Assembly (NCBI GenBank): GCA_973851085.1
Contig: OZ316776.1
Location: forward strand, 3,782,001-3,846,000
Source: Ptychomitrium polyphyllum
Lineage: Eukaryota
Direction of reading: 5' to 3'
Length of the DNA: 64,000 nt
A program made the position numbers and the translations under genes. The notes under the pieces were generated by a model, which was given only the letters and a program-made list of their open reading frames with translations, was not told where the DNA came from and did no database searches. Positions 26,422 through 40,107 of the stretch are shown here, piece by piece (the first letter of the stretch is position 1; each line of letters begins with the position of its first letter).

Positions 26422-27845
26422 CTGGAGGAAACGAGGCAGAGCTTTCTTCCTTGGCTGGCTGCTTTGAAACAATAACCTGGGGAGACTCAGGGGTTCGGAG
26501 ATCCCATAAAAACCTTTGTCCACTGGCCTCCAGACCATGAACAGTCTCTAGAACCTGCTCTGTGTGGAGGAGAAGATCGTGCCGAATGTAATGCACAGAA
26601 CCGAACAACCCTGTAGGTCATCCAACCATTCTTCCATATTACTTGATAGTTTCTTGCTTTTAGCAGCCTCTTCCAACTCAACAAACTTAGAGATATCCTT
26701 TGCTTCCAAAGACGGGGAAGCTAAAGGCCCAATGGGCAAAACCTTTTGCCACCTGCAACCACTATCAAATTAGCACACTAAGTCTAATCTTAACAACGCT
26801 GCAAATATACCCACATTTGGAGTTGAATATGGGATTAAGTAAAGATTGCATAACTCAATTCGGGTCCAAGAATGGTTTCCAGGACCTCTCTTGTAAACAG
26901 AATCGGTTCTTTTAGAGCTTTGCATACCACCGGTTTAAGCTCTAGCCAGCACTATTGACCAGGTACGTTGCGGTTGGAAATGCTTCAGTCAAGTTATGCA
27001 CAGATGCAATGAAAACTTCAGCTTGAAAGGCATGATCACCTTTGTGGTAATACTCGCACTCATCTACTTTGGGAACAATTCCTACTTCGGGGACAGGAAC
27101 TAAACATCAGAGGAGAGGTTCTAGAGCAGAAACCCTTGATTTCCAAACAATGGCACCTTCTCCAACCAAACACACATGTTCTTCCTCAATTCAACTCAAT
27201 TGTATGTCTTCGTTCCTTCAAGTAACGGAAATGGGTGCAAGAGCCTATTTAATTAAGGCTATGAATCGTAATTGAATCTATTCTACTTTGAAAACGCATG
27301 GTAGTAATGTTTAATACAATTCAGTTCCAGGTTTGGAGAGGATTAGATTGGAAAACGATTACAGAGTAGAAGAATGCGAGAGATGATGGCGACACGGTGA
27401 TTAGGAAATGCCGTGGAGTGCCCAGCCTTTGCTCTAACATGGCTCCCGACGCCATAAGTAGGTCCGTGACGAAGCATTTCGGAGGAGAGGAGAGGCTTCA
27501 GATGACGCTCGCTGTCTGTTCCACCATATCCTCAATGCACAGCTTCCATAACCAGGGGAGCAAGTTCGTGACATGATTGGGCTTAGGCAGTAGATCCTCC
27601 ACTATGGACCGAACCTTCATGTCCAGCTACTCCGACACTTCCTCCTCCACATCGAGCCGCAGCTTGTCAGACACCATCCACTGCTCAGCAACGTCACCTT
27701 GACGCCTTGCCTCGCCAGCTCCTTCCCCGACGCCAGGTTGGGAAACATGTGCCCTAGGGCAGGAATAGTGAGGAGTACCACATGAGGTATGGAATTCTCA
27801 AAAGTCACCTCCTCTCCCATGATCTCACCACTTTTCCTTCCCAAC
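26422..27845 (-). pseudogene. UDP-glycosyltransferase pseudogene A (exons 1-3 only)
   Basis: PHVVLLTIPALGHMFP...KELARQGVKVTLLSSG, then a 1-nt frameshift near 27675 and another near 26570. Exon 3 homologue (EWLDDLQGCSVLCITFGTIFS...SGQRFLW) ends at a GT donor at 26421. No PSPG exon is found downstream. Confidence 0.88.
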
Positions 27846-29160
27846 TTCAAAACCGTGCCATCCGCTCCCAAAATCCACTAAGAATTGCAGCTGAAACTTG
27901 TGCAACCAAATTTGTGGCGATGTTTTATGGCAGATTATCTAGTGATGTCAACCATCTATTGTGAGTACTTTGTCATTGGCAACTCGTGGTTGATGGAGGG
28001 CTTCTTCACAACACACCTAATTTGTTTTGCATCCAACCTGCAACGAGTTCAGATTGTGCATCCCAAGATTTTCTGCATCGCCTGAAGCATGGGTGATTCG
28101 CACTGCCGAGAACATAGTACCGTATTTGAGACCCATAGTTTTCCAAATCGTCCTCGCTGGGAAGAAGGGACTCGGGACTCACAGGTAACGGATTGGACGA
28201 TGAGATTCTAGAACGGGCTTTGTTTGGAGGTTTGTCTGCAAGGTCTTCGAGGTAAGAACATCAGTGCGTAGCCTTGATCTAATAATACCTCGATTCTGGC
28301 TCACAAGGCTCGTTTTCTTTTCAAATGTGCTGGGATCATCCCATGAAGTTACAGCGTCAGGCTCACGCACGGCATTAATAAAAAGCCACTTCCACTATGA
28401 GTGATAGAGTGAGTATGGTGTTGGTAGGAAAAAACCTGGATAACGCTAGCGTCTTGTGTAAGATGGGTACATAGTTACAAACCAAATACCAAGGACTATT
28501 CTCTACCAGGATGTTGGTCAGGCTGGAAAACTCTTCTACATCTGATTGTCCGTGCAATCACTAAAGAGGAAGTTTGAAAGACAAGATCTCTAAGTCAGCT
28601 TGTCTTCTTCAAAGAGACGCCATTGATAAGTGAGTGTGCAGAAATCACAAAGCATCAATGTATACTCAGGTCTCCTTTTCATAATGCTCTGCTCTCACAA
28701 TGGCACAGCCAAATGAAAACATAATTTCCCTTAAGATTTAACAGGGAGTAGATATCCATTTTGAATGACACGAACTGTATTCACCTTCTGTTAGGAACAT
28801 TACAACATTGTCACTAACCAAAATCTGCTTCAGTAGCGTAATAATTCATGTGTGTTCTATCATATAATCTTGGTAAACTCGTTTTCAACCAACTGCATTA
28901 GTTCAGATGCTTCCACAGAGCAGAACTTCGTACGATCAAATAACCAGCAACTAAAAAATATGGCCTGAGTTTACATTTCAAAGCGGCGAGCCTGAATCCG
29001 GCGGTTAAATTCATGCTGGTGCAGTGGCCCTTGCTTACAAAGCTACAAAACAACCTCTACAACTTCCGAAGGTTGACATTACCGAAGGCACGTCTCAAAC
29101 TATCAAGTAAATATACAGTTAATCTAATTTCCCTAGAATGAACACTATATGGACTCCGTC

Positions 29161-31053
29161 TTACAGCAAATTCTTTCTGCTCAAGATTCATGAGAACGAT
29201 TCAGCTTCTTATCCATTGCAAATATTTCACCTACATACTGCTCCAAGTTTTTCGATGAAGAACCACATGATGGCATTACAGCATTTCTTAGCTTTTTGTT
29301 CAGGTCGGCAACATTTCTCCTTGCAATTCTGCCCTCCTCACCTTCCATCATGCACTTTACCGAGGTTGCAATATATGCTCGCTCAAAACCGGCACCTTCA
29401 TTTTCTTTGATTTCAATGCCAATTTGAAACTTTTCCTCTACAATCGTAGCATTTAACCATTAGTCTGTGAAGAGGGGACGGCCTATTATTAATGTTGAAG
29501 TAGTGATGGCCTCCAGAACGAAAGTTTTTGAAAATTTTTAGATCAAAAGTGTAAAGTAAGTGTAATTATTTGTGAAAACACTCCGCTTATTGACTAGAAC
29601 TCCAGCAACTCGTTGAGATCGATGTGAACCAAGACCTTGTTCAAGTGCTATTATTATGTAAACTGTGTTAAATAGACCTATCCTTCACTTACAGGAATAG
29701 AAAGACCACCTTGAATTCTGATATAACTTTTCCCCTGGAGGAAGAATGGCAGTAATTTCTTCCTTGGTTGGCTGTTTAGACACCATGACGTGGGGAACAT
29801 CCGGCTGCCGAATTATCCACAAGAACCGCTGTCCACTGCTCTCCAGAGCATGCGCCAGCTCCAAAACCTGCTCTGCTTGGAGAGAGAAGATGGTGCCGAA
29901 CGAGATGTACAGGACCGAGCCGTTCGGTTGATCGTCCAACCACTCGCCCACTTCACTCGATAGCTTCTTGTTCCTCTCGGTCTCAGTCAGCTCGAACGAA
30001 TCCGCTTCCCCGCCTTTGTAAGCGAAGGACCGCTCCAGAGGGCCGATGGACACCACCTTCGCCACCTGATGAATATTGCAACGATATCAAGATCGAACTT
30101 CAGGATCAGCAACGCATCCATGATGAAAGCGCTGAATGGATTGAGGGGTACAGTGAGAGGTGGTGGTTGTGGTAGTACCTCGCCTGTGAATGGGATCGGT
30201 TCATTTAAGGCTTGGAATGCTTGAGGTTCCAATCCTTTAGTGCTGTTCACAAGATAGGTCGCGGTTGGAAATGATTCCGTGAAGTCTTTCAGGCATAGAA
30301 TCATGGGGTCCAATTGAAAGGGCCACCTTTGACAAAATACTCCCATACACCTTTTTTTCCAACATTCCCTACTCCGGGAACCGGAAACTCAACCTCGTCA
30401 GCTGGTTCAAGGGGCAGAAGACCTTGGTTTGCGAAAAGTGGCACCCGGTGATCCAGTTCCAATAAGAATTCAAATCCAATTCCAATATAAGCAATAAGAC
30501 CAAAATCAATATCATTAATAATTCAGCTCAGGACGGGTATTCCCAATTTATTTGAAGAGGAGTATGGGACTACAGAGAGCAGGAAGCAGAGAGACGATGC
30601 CGACATAGTGATGAGAAAGTGGCGCGGAATGCTCAGCTTCTCCTCCAACATCTTCGTCCAACCAATGAACACTTCGGAGATGATGCAGCACGGCGGAGGG
30701 GAGAGTTTCTGGATGAGTTGGAGGCGTGGTCAACCATCTCCTTGGAGGGGAGCTTCGATATCCAGGAGACTAGGTCCATGGGATGCTCCCGTTCCGGCAG
30801 GGGATCCTCCAACACGGACCCTATGGTCATATCGAGATCCTCTTCCTCTTCCACATCGCGCCGCAGCTTTTCGGAAACGCACCCGCTGCTCAGAAACGTC
30901 ACCTTGACGCCCTGCCTCGCCAACGCCTTCCCAAGGGCTACAGAGGGAAATATGTGCCCCCGGAGCGGGCTTTGTGAGGATCACCACATGAGGCTTTGGT
31001 GGCAACGACTTCGAGTTCACCTCCTCTCTCATCTCCGCACCATCGTCACCCAT
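29161..31053 (-). pseudogene. UDP-glycosyltransferase pseudogene B
   Basis: Colinear with the intact copy but has a +1 insertion in a G run (about 30957-30961), a -1 near 30722, intron 1 acceptor AG>GG (about 30447), intron 3 donor GT>GG (about 29733), loss of the 5' part of exon 4 including most of the PSPG box (homology resumes near 29520), and an in-frame TAA at about 29460. Confidence 0.9.
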
Positions 31054-31849
31054 CTTCACAATCTCAGTCAACAGCACGACTCCTATCACTCCTACAACCA
31101 AGACCACTCTGATCTCCCCAAAATCACTTCCTGAGATAACTTTCTCGTTTCGACACCGTCAGCTCATTTTCTCGTACACCAGAAACTTCATGAAAACCCT
31201 GCATTGAGAACTTATGATAATGTTTCGTCCACGCACTAACAAGTGACGTTCCATCAAGTTCTTCTGACAAAGTGTCTAGCTCTAATGTTCATCATACATT
31301 GCGACAACTACCGGTGGACGTGGTGATGGCCTCGTTCTCAGCGTGTCTGCAAATTGCACCGCACTTGCCAGAATCTCGTGACCGATTCCAAAATTCTAGA
31401 GTGGGCCCCATAGTACATTTCTGCTCCAAATCAGCAAAACGAATCCACAATCTTGATCGAGTCCTATCGACGACCACTGTTTATCTGGTACTTTAAGGAA
31501 GGACTGTAAATTTTGGAAGTCAAAACAAGCTGAAGTTACCCGTCGCCGTAAGTCCGTAAGATCATGATGCGTCAGGTTTCAGGTGGCTTTCAGGTGGCTT
31601 TCAGGTAAGAATATCTGCAGTACTGGAGGTGTCCATTAACCTATACTGTACATAACGTATTCTTACACACAGTATTCACACGGATCGTATTCACACAAAC
31701 CGTAGTTGCGCATACCGTAGTTGATGGGCAGCTTTGGCATATAAGAACTTGTAAGATGATCACCTGATAAGTCTGAGCTTGGAAGTGTGTAATGTTGTAA
31801 AAGTAACAAAAATTATGCCTAAATTTTTTAGTATCATGATTTTCTTCCC

Positions 31850-32930
31850 ACAACATTCAGCATCCAATAAATATAAGAAAAATGATATCAACGATTTCAA
31901 TTGACAAGTTATATAATATACCATTATTAGTTATAAAATTAAACCACATTGTACTATTAGTACACATAAAGCTAAATCAAAATAAATCTAAAGCATTGTA
32001 AATTCAATTTAAGCCAAGTGATAATATCTCTGAAATCCAACTTAGCTAAAACAAATCACATCATACCACCTACATTTTGTATATTTACTTTCAAAATTAA
32101 ATCAAATTAAAATTTTAGAGTATTCGAATTATAAAGTTGTAAAATGTTTTTAAGGACAATTAGCCAAAGTATGTTTGTTGTAGAATGGTGATGATTAGCA
32201 CAAAAAAAATCACTATTTGGTATTTTTGAATTCATTTGATTGACTCCTCAATACTGAGCAATCCCTACATCCATTTCTTTCTAAATATATTCATTAAAAA
32301 AGAAATATCCGTAATAATGGGTAATAATGAAGCAATCCAAAAACCTTTTTGAAATTGTTCTTAGATTTGGCAAGGTGCATTATAGCCAAAATATGGCCCC
32401 ATTCCAAAATGATTAATTTATATAAGATTTAAGGAACTTTTATATTTATTGTAAACTTGATGGTTTTAAAACATTGAATCTTATTAGAATTATTTATTAA
32501 AGTTCTCCTTCAAAGGAAAGTTTTACAAACCATATTCTATAACTCATTTTTGTCACAAAATTAAACAGAATTACATATTAAACCATGTTTTGATGAATTA
32601 ATGAAGAACGTTTGCAATGCTAAGGTGCAATCAAGATGCCTTGAACTTTGAACTTCTTCAAACCTAGCCAAGTTCTTCCTAGCCATACCTCAATTTGTAT
32701 CTAATCTTAAAACCTCTCAATTACTTGTTTTAATCAAGGTGCTTTAATGCTTATATTATGTATTATTCATGACTATTATAAAGAGAACATACTCTTAAAT
32801 CACAGAGTGAGGGAATTCTACTTAAATACAAATATATTGTGTATTTAAATATATTTTTCCATACTTTCATGCTAACTTCACTATTTGCAAATAGTGAGGA
32901 AAGATAGAATCTTGCCCACTATTTTGAGCA
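31850..32930. mobile_element. AT-rich decayed insertion between UGT copies B and C
   Basis: CpG-poor AT-rich block with no ORF. Confidence 0.4.
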
Positions 32931-33215
32931 AAAACTACTGTAACGCAATGTAACGCAATGAATGCAGCCATTCATGGTTTAGGATTATGAAGGACAACCG
33001 GAGCATCCACATTACAGAATAATTCTGCTGAGTTCGACTCGCGAACTGATGAACTACTTGCTGCTCGACTGCTTTCCGAGTAAGAAAACTAGGAATCTCC
33101 TACTTCCCCTCTGAATGGACCGAATTGTGTGAGGCTGACAAATCGAAAAAAAGCTCACGAGGAGATTTCTCAGTCAATCTAAATTCCTTAGAATGAACAC
33201 AACATGGACTCCGTC

Positions 33216-35247
33216 TTACAGCAACTTGTTGTTCATTGCAAATATTTCACCTACATACCGCTCCAAGTTTTTCGATGACGGACCAGATGATTGCGTCACA
33301 GCAGTTCGTAGCTTTTTGTTCAGGTCGGCGATATTTCTTCGCGCAACTCGACCCACCTCACCTTCCATCATCCTTCGTATTGACGTTTCGATGCGTCCTC
33401 TCTCAAATCCACCCTCGTTGTCTCTTAACATGGTGCCAATTTGCAAATTTTTCTCTATAATCGTAGCGTTTAACCATTGGTCCACGAAACAAGGACGGCC
33501 TAGTATTGGAGTTGAAGTAGTGATGGCCTCCAAAATTGAGTTCCAGCCACAGTGACTCATGAACAGGCCCACTGCCCTGTGAGCTAGAATCTCCGGCTGA
33601 GGTGCCCAGCTGCTGCACAACAGTCCTCGACCTTTCGTCCGTTCTTCAAATCCTGCCATCGAGTTAACTCAGTCGATAAGAGGTTGTGTCGCCTATAGCA
33701 AAAACGTTATGTCCAGTATTAACTCAACGCACACTGTTGTGGAATTACAAGCAAAGTATGCAAAGTAGATGCTGTCGCATATTCAAAACCGATTCTTTCG
33801 TTAAAAAGAATCCCAAAAACTTGTCTAAATTCAGAAGCCATTGTTTACAATATGTGATATTTTATTAATTAGACCTATTCTTTCATCAGCAAAATGTCTA
33901 GGAACCAAAAAACACAGAAGTGTTCTTTGCAAATGGAATTTTACAAAAAGATTACCTGGTGGAAGAATGGCAGTAATTTCTTCCTTGGTTGGCTGTTTAG
34001 ACACCATGACGTGGGGAACATCCGGCTGCCGAATTATCCACAAGAACCGCTGTCCACTGCTCTCCAGAGCATGCGCCAGCTCCAAAACCTGCTCTGCTTG
34101 GAGAGAGAAGATGGTGCCGAACGAGATGTACAGGACCGAGCCGTTCGGTTGATCGTCCAACCACTCGCCCACTTCACTCGATAGCTTCTTGTTCCTCTCG
34201 GTCTCAGTCAGCTCGAACGAATCCGCTTCCCCGCCTTTGTAAGCGAAGGACCGCTCCAGAGGGCCGATGGACACCACCTTCGCCACCTGATGAATATTGC
34301 AACGATATCAAGATCGAACTTCAGGATCAGCAACGCATCCATGATGAAAGCGCTGAATGGATTGAGGGGTACAGTGAGAGGTGGTGGTTGTGGTAGTACC
34401 TCGCCTGTGAATGGGATCGGTTCATTTAAGGCTTGGAATGCATCCCGTTCAAGCTCTTGAGTGCTGTTGACCAAATACGTTGCAGATGGAAAAGAGTCTG
34501 TCAACTCTTTCAGAATATCAATCATGGCGTCCAGCTGAAAGGGACCGCCTTTCACGAAATTCTCCCACACATCACCTTTAGCAATGTTGCCTACTCCGGG
34601 AACCGAAAACTCACCCTCCTCAGCTGGTTCAAGGGGCAGAAGACCTTGGTCTGCTAAAAGTGGTACCTGGTGATCCAGAAAGGGTGAGAAAACATTTAAC
34701 CACAGAACCCCGCAGGAGTAAGATTTCAGCTCAAGTAGATAGGTGTCCTGAGTTTTGGGATTACAGCGAACATGAAACAGAGAGACGATGCCGACATAGT
34801 GATGAGAAAGTGGCGTGGAATGCCCAGCTTCGCTTCTAACATCTTCGTCCAACCAACGAACACGTCGGAGATGATGCAACACGGCGGAGGGGAGAGTTTC
34901 TGGATGATTTGGTAGGCGTGTACCACCATTTCGTCAGGGGGTAACTTGCATAACCACGGGATAAGCGCCATCGGATTTTCAGGCTCCGGCAAGGGATCCT
35001 CCAGCACGGACCCTATGGTCATATCGAGATCCTCTTGATCCTCCACATCGCGCCGCAGCTTTTCGGAAACGCACCCGCTGCTCAGAAACGTCACCTTGAT
35101 GCCCTGCCTCGCCAGCTCCTTTCCCAACGCTATGGTGGGAAATATGTGGCCCGGAGCGGGCATGGTGAGCAGCACCACATGAGGTTTGCCGGGTCGCAGT
35201 AACTTCAAGTTCTCTTCCTCGGTCACCTCACCAGTATCACCACCCAT
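33216..35247 (-). CDS. Family 1 UDP-glycosyltransferase (intact copy C), about 505 aa, 4 exons
   Basis: Exons 35247-34765, 34666-34400, 34286-33956, 33652-33216 (1518 nt, phase-consistent). Catalytic His (PAPGHIFP) and Asp (CIISDVF), SVLYISFGT, and a full PSPG box [44 protein letters not shown]. Confidence 0.95.
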
Positions 35248-36539
35248 CTTCACAAGTTTAGTCGACCTCACTCTCTTGCCCTTGTACGACTCTCAAGAAC
35301 CAAGACCAATGTGCATGATCTTGGGAACGTCACTGAGCTCACCGAGTAATTTTGACTTCTGGCTTCAGCTCATTTTGAACTTTTCACTGAACATTGCATC
35401 AAATCCGTGTGTTCAGGATTTATGGTGATGTCTCGCCCGCGTACGTCCCTAGTGCAAAGTGTCAGTCTAGCCCTGGTATCAGTCATTCATTCACCATGGC
35501 TGGCGCAGAGCCACTTTGTGAACGTGGCGATGGCCTCGTTCACAGCGCGTCTACTAACTTGATTGCACATTATCACCACAGTCCAGTGACAGACCACCCA
35601 CTGGCAATTCTGTGGACCCCATACAGCAAGTTTTTTCCACGAAAAAATCACAAGTCGGATACTTCGGCAAGTGAGTTGGTTTCCCTTGTCGGCGTACAAG
35701 TTAAGAAATTGCTGCAAAGGAAGAGTTCATGTAGAATATCACTCTCCTGCAGATGTGGAGGTCTGGGAAGGGCCTCTTTACAGGCGTGCAACCTTGCAAG
35801 CGAAGCTCGCTGTGAGGTGATGGCGGGGAACCTACCTTAGAGCTAAGAATATCTGGTGGCGTTGTCGATTATGGTGTCTGCAAGCGAGCCTAAAGGGCGT
35901 TGTCGATGCGAGGCAGGTGCACGATTGGTGTCCGATGCAACTCGTGAATCACATGATGTTTGGTGCTTGCCTGAGCGACGGGCACCAGAGATGTATCGTG
36001 ATTCGGTACAGGTAGACGGGATTTCAGATTAGTCAAAGTTGTTGGGTGACGACGTGGCTGCCTCGGTTAACGAACATATTGAGCAATTAGTAATACTATA
36101 TGATACGATTCACTTTATAACATGGAAATCTCAACTACTTTGTATCTGCACATGGACAACCTGTGTTCACCATATCCCCATCAGCTGATAAGCGTAGAGC
36201 TTCGACAGGAATAATGTGATGTAAGATAAACTGAACACGATACATTCTTAGCTGCAATGAATCAACTTCTTAGATGCCACCTGTGAGAAGTTCTTTACAA
36301 GACACCCAAGAATCGTACAAGAAAGTTACTGGATGGGTATTCTACATCGCACAAGAGTGTAACATTGGGAGCATTTGTTGCAAGAGTGAAAAATTGACAC
36401 CTTCGGATGGAATGCTTTTGTTGCTGTAAGGGGTGTAAGCAACAAGCTTTTCACACTTCAAAAACAAGTTATTTTGCAACTTTTAGGGACTTGGCATTGG
36501 TGATGTGAGCTTGGGGTCATTTGGTTATTTTAAAAGCTC

Positions 36540-39500
36540 AGCCTTAAGGAATAAGGAATGGATATTTTAAAGTAATGGAGACTACTTGAGATTAACAATT
36601 TATGTTGGTTAGAATAACTTTGAAAGGAATTGGAAAGTTAATTGAGATTACAATGGCTTGAAGGATTAAAGGAGTCTTCATGAAGGAGGTTACTTTAATG
36701 GTGGCAACTTAAATTATACCACGTATAGATTGTCCTTCACTTAAAAAGACCTTGCTAATATCCATGAATTGTCTCTTTGAATGTAAGTTCTCATTGGTAA
36801 GACATTAGGTGATTTAAAAGTAAGTCCAAAAACTGAAAGGTAAGTGCATACGCTATTAACTCTCTATTGGTTTTGCAAGTTAAATAAAGATATTCAAATA
36901 GCATGTTAGTGTTGGAAACAAGTGGAATATTTAGTATATAAAAAATGGTAGCGAAGAAAATTTAGTGCATGAGTTTTTCTTTATTTCTTAATATTTCTAA
37001 AGAAAAAGGAATTATTTAATGAGTGGCTACAACAAATTTGGAAGTAAAAAGAAATTATAAGATTTAAGATTTTCAAAGTAGAAAAGGCTATTGTAGTAGT
37101 TGGAAGGACTTCTTTGACAAAGCAATGAGGGCTTTTATAAGTTGATTTGAAGCATCAAAGGTTAAAAGACTGCAAATATTTAAAAGATAAATAAGTTAAT
37201 CAAGCACTATAATGGTGTTAGTCATAGTAAAGGTAGATTCCACAACTAAATGGATGTGAGTGCATGCTTTGATTGCTAGGCCCTTGATTGAAACAAAAGT
37301 GGAATTTAAAATAGCAGTAATTTTTAGAAGAATAGTGCTTGCAAATCCAATTCCAAATGCAAGTGCTAAATCTAATAAAACTCATTGCAATTCATAAATA
37401 AGGAATCTAAAGAAATAGAATAAAATCCAAAGCATGCAAAAGGCAAAGTCATTGATATTGAAGAAGTAGTTGGCAAGCAAGGCAAGAAAGTTCAAAGTGC
37501 TGAAGGAGATATTTAAATCTATTTTCTAAACATTGCCACATTAAACAAGCCACTTCTTATCTAAAAGAGACTTTTAAAAGTGTAATGAAAGAGCCAAAGG
37601 TTCCAATGCTTAAAACCAAGGCTTTAAATTTGAAGAAATTAAAGATGGTGGTTTTAGTGCGACAATTAGTGGTAATAGCAATCATTTAAAAAAAAAGACA
37701 AAGATGAGATGTAAGGTGAAGGTAGTAATTAGGCAATAAATTGAAGAAGTATAAAAGAATCAAATCCTAAAGAGGAAAACTTCCATGGTGATCAAATTCA
37801 ATCACCTAAAAGCCAATTTAAAGAAATAATCAATAATTTCTCATAATATTGCTTGGCATTTTAATAGATTTATCAAATTTATGAACAAAAAAGACGTTAA
37901 GACTTCTAAAAGAAAGTAGATTAATAAAGAAGCAAGTGGCATTAGGATATCTATTACCTATATAGAATTAGAAGGTAGAATTATGATATTCTAATGGTGC
38001 AACCTTGGAGTGGCACCAAGTTAGCAAGCTTAATGGACAGTGGCCTAATGAACTAAATTAAATTGAAGTTAAGAATAGGTGAGGAATAGAGATTTTAAAG
38101 AAGCTTTTGTTTTTTTAGCTTTAAAATAAGAAGAGCAATTTTTGAGGCAATAGATTCATACTTTTCATTTTATGTTTTTTTAGTAGCTGACTACATTAAG
38201 TGATCATCTTACTGTGAGGAAATAAATTACTTCAAAATTAAGTAGTTTTTTGTTAAATTGTTAAAAAATTATTAAAAGAAGTGGATAGGATGGAAAGAGA
38301 TGCGAAGCATAGCTAGATCCAAAAAAGACTTTAGCCTAAAAAAGTATTGAAGAAGAATTCAAAAGATACAATTATTACAAAGGCATTTTTTTTTAAGAAT
38401 TATAAAATAGAGCCACAAAATAAATATGAGTGCACTAGATTGTAAAGCAGCAAAGAAATATAACTTATAAAGCTATAAAGTATTTTAAAGGTGCAAAGAA
38501 TCTTTTCAAAAAAACTTCAATGGAAGTGATGGATTTAGGGAAGTTATTAAGAGTTATTAAAACTATTAAAAACAAATGGAAGGTTTTGTAATACTAAGTT
38601 GCCTTATGTATTTTTATAAAAGATTGAAAGTTGATGTTTTCAAGAAAGGATGGTGATAATGAAACCTCTTTGAAAAACGCCAATAATAAAATCTCTTTAG
38701 AAAATGCCATTAAAAAAAGTTATAAAAAAGATAAATAGCCTTAAGATTTGTTTGAAGGCTTAAAACTTAAGTAGTGGAATTAAAAAAAGATACCGAGATT
38801 GCCAAAGGTCTTACTAATTTATAAACTAAATACAATTTATATTCCAAATAAAGATTTAAAATCACATTAATAAAAGAACATCACTCAATGTGTTTAAATT
38901 CTTTGTTATGAATAGAGTATTAATAAAGCAAGGCTTCAAGACTCCAAGATGTGGAATAAAACATTTCCAAGGTATATTAGAAGCAAAGAACTACAACAAG
39001 GTATAGAGACATGAATAGGAGCGTTGTCAAGAAGATCTTTTCAATCTTGACTTCTATATATATTAGGACTATAAGCTTTAGATGCTTCTTTAAAAATTTC
39101 TAATACACTACTTTGTATTCAAACAACTCTAGATTGCTTCCTTTAAAGTTGCTTTAGCCAAAAAAACTTCTATAGAAGCTTCTTTAGCCTTTTTAAACCT
39201 TGTAAGGACATTTTAAAAGCTTCTAATATGTATGTCCATAACACCCTTATCAATTCTAAAAAACCATTTATAATCATTTCAATGGATTTCATCACTAAAT
39301 TACCATTGGTAGTCAATAGACATGATTCATCTTTGTGATAGCCAGTTTGTTAAGCAAGTTGGCCTAATTTTTGCCAATTAGAATTAAAGCAAAAAAAATA
39401 CATGTTTCTCTTTAAATTGTTGGATTGTAACAAATGGGTTGGTAAGCAATATTATTAATATTAAAATAAATAAATTCATAGGAGCATTTTGCCAGTATTT

Positions 39501-39760
39501 CATGTTTCATCTAAGAACAAATTCAAGATAAATATGATATTGCATTTTAAAATTGATGGCCAAACTAAAAAAGTTCATAAGTTGTTAATCATATGCTTTT
39601 ATAATTACATAGTAGCAAATTAAAGAAATTGGCATGACTTGGTATGTTTGGCTAAATTTCTATAATAACCATAAGTATGTCATATTAAAGCAATTTTTCT
39701 TTCTTTGCAACAAAAACTCTTAGAACCTTACTCTACATGGATTTAATAATAGAATTGCTT
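36540..39760 (+). mobile_element. Decayed Ty3/gypsy LTR retrotransposon internal region with integrase relic at about 39240-39680
   Basis: Broken translation PFIIISMDFITKLP...IFVIASLLSKLA*FLP...KFIGAFCQ...IDGQTKKVH...RNWHDLVCLAKF matches the gypsy integrase pattern ISMDFIxxLP...DRLSKxAHF...DGQTERVN. Many stops and frameshifts. Left boundary approximate. Confidence 0.8.
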
Positions 39761-39924
39761 TAAGAAGAAGAATTTGTTGGCCCATAAGATATTAAAGAGG
39801 ATAATAATGACATTTTTTTTAAAAAGTGTTGTGTAAATAAAGATTATTAATACAATAGATTGAGTACAACAATTATAATCATATTTGTGGCAAACAAACC
39901 AAGCAAGAATATAGACCAAACACA

Positions 39925-40107
39925 TTCTCAAGGAACAAAGAAAAAATTACTATACTACAAAGTTAAGCGGCTCTCACTAAACAAAACAAGAATCTAAAAT
40001 TGCAAGAAGTAGAAAAAATCTAAAAGCTTTACTAAAAAGTTAAACCACCATTTCTAAGCAAAATTAAAATACAAACTCTTTCAAAAATATACGCCAAAAG
40101 CTTGACT
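39925..40107 (+). repeat. Diverged direct repeat of about 180 bp, copy 1
   Basis: Shares tgcaagaagtaga.aaaatc.taaagctttactaaa...cttgact with 41521-41708. Confidence 0.75.

Noticed and set aside
30619..31134. 171-aa plus-strand ORF and similar antisense ORFs over the UGT, GST and PME genes
   Set aside because: Antisense shadows of GC-rich coding exons.
33046..33090. CTGATGA...GAAA hammerhead-like core (CTGATGA also near 16470 and 55220)
   Set aside because: Stems I-III do not pair as required, and the other sites lack a properly placed GAAA.
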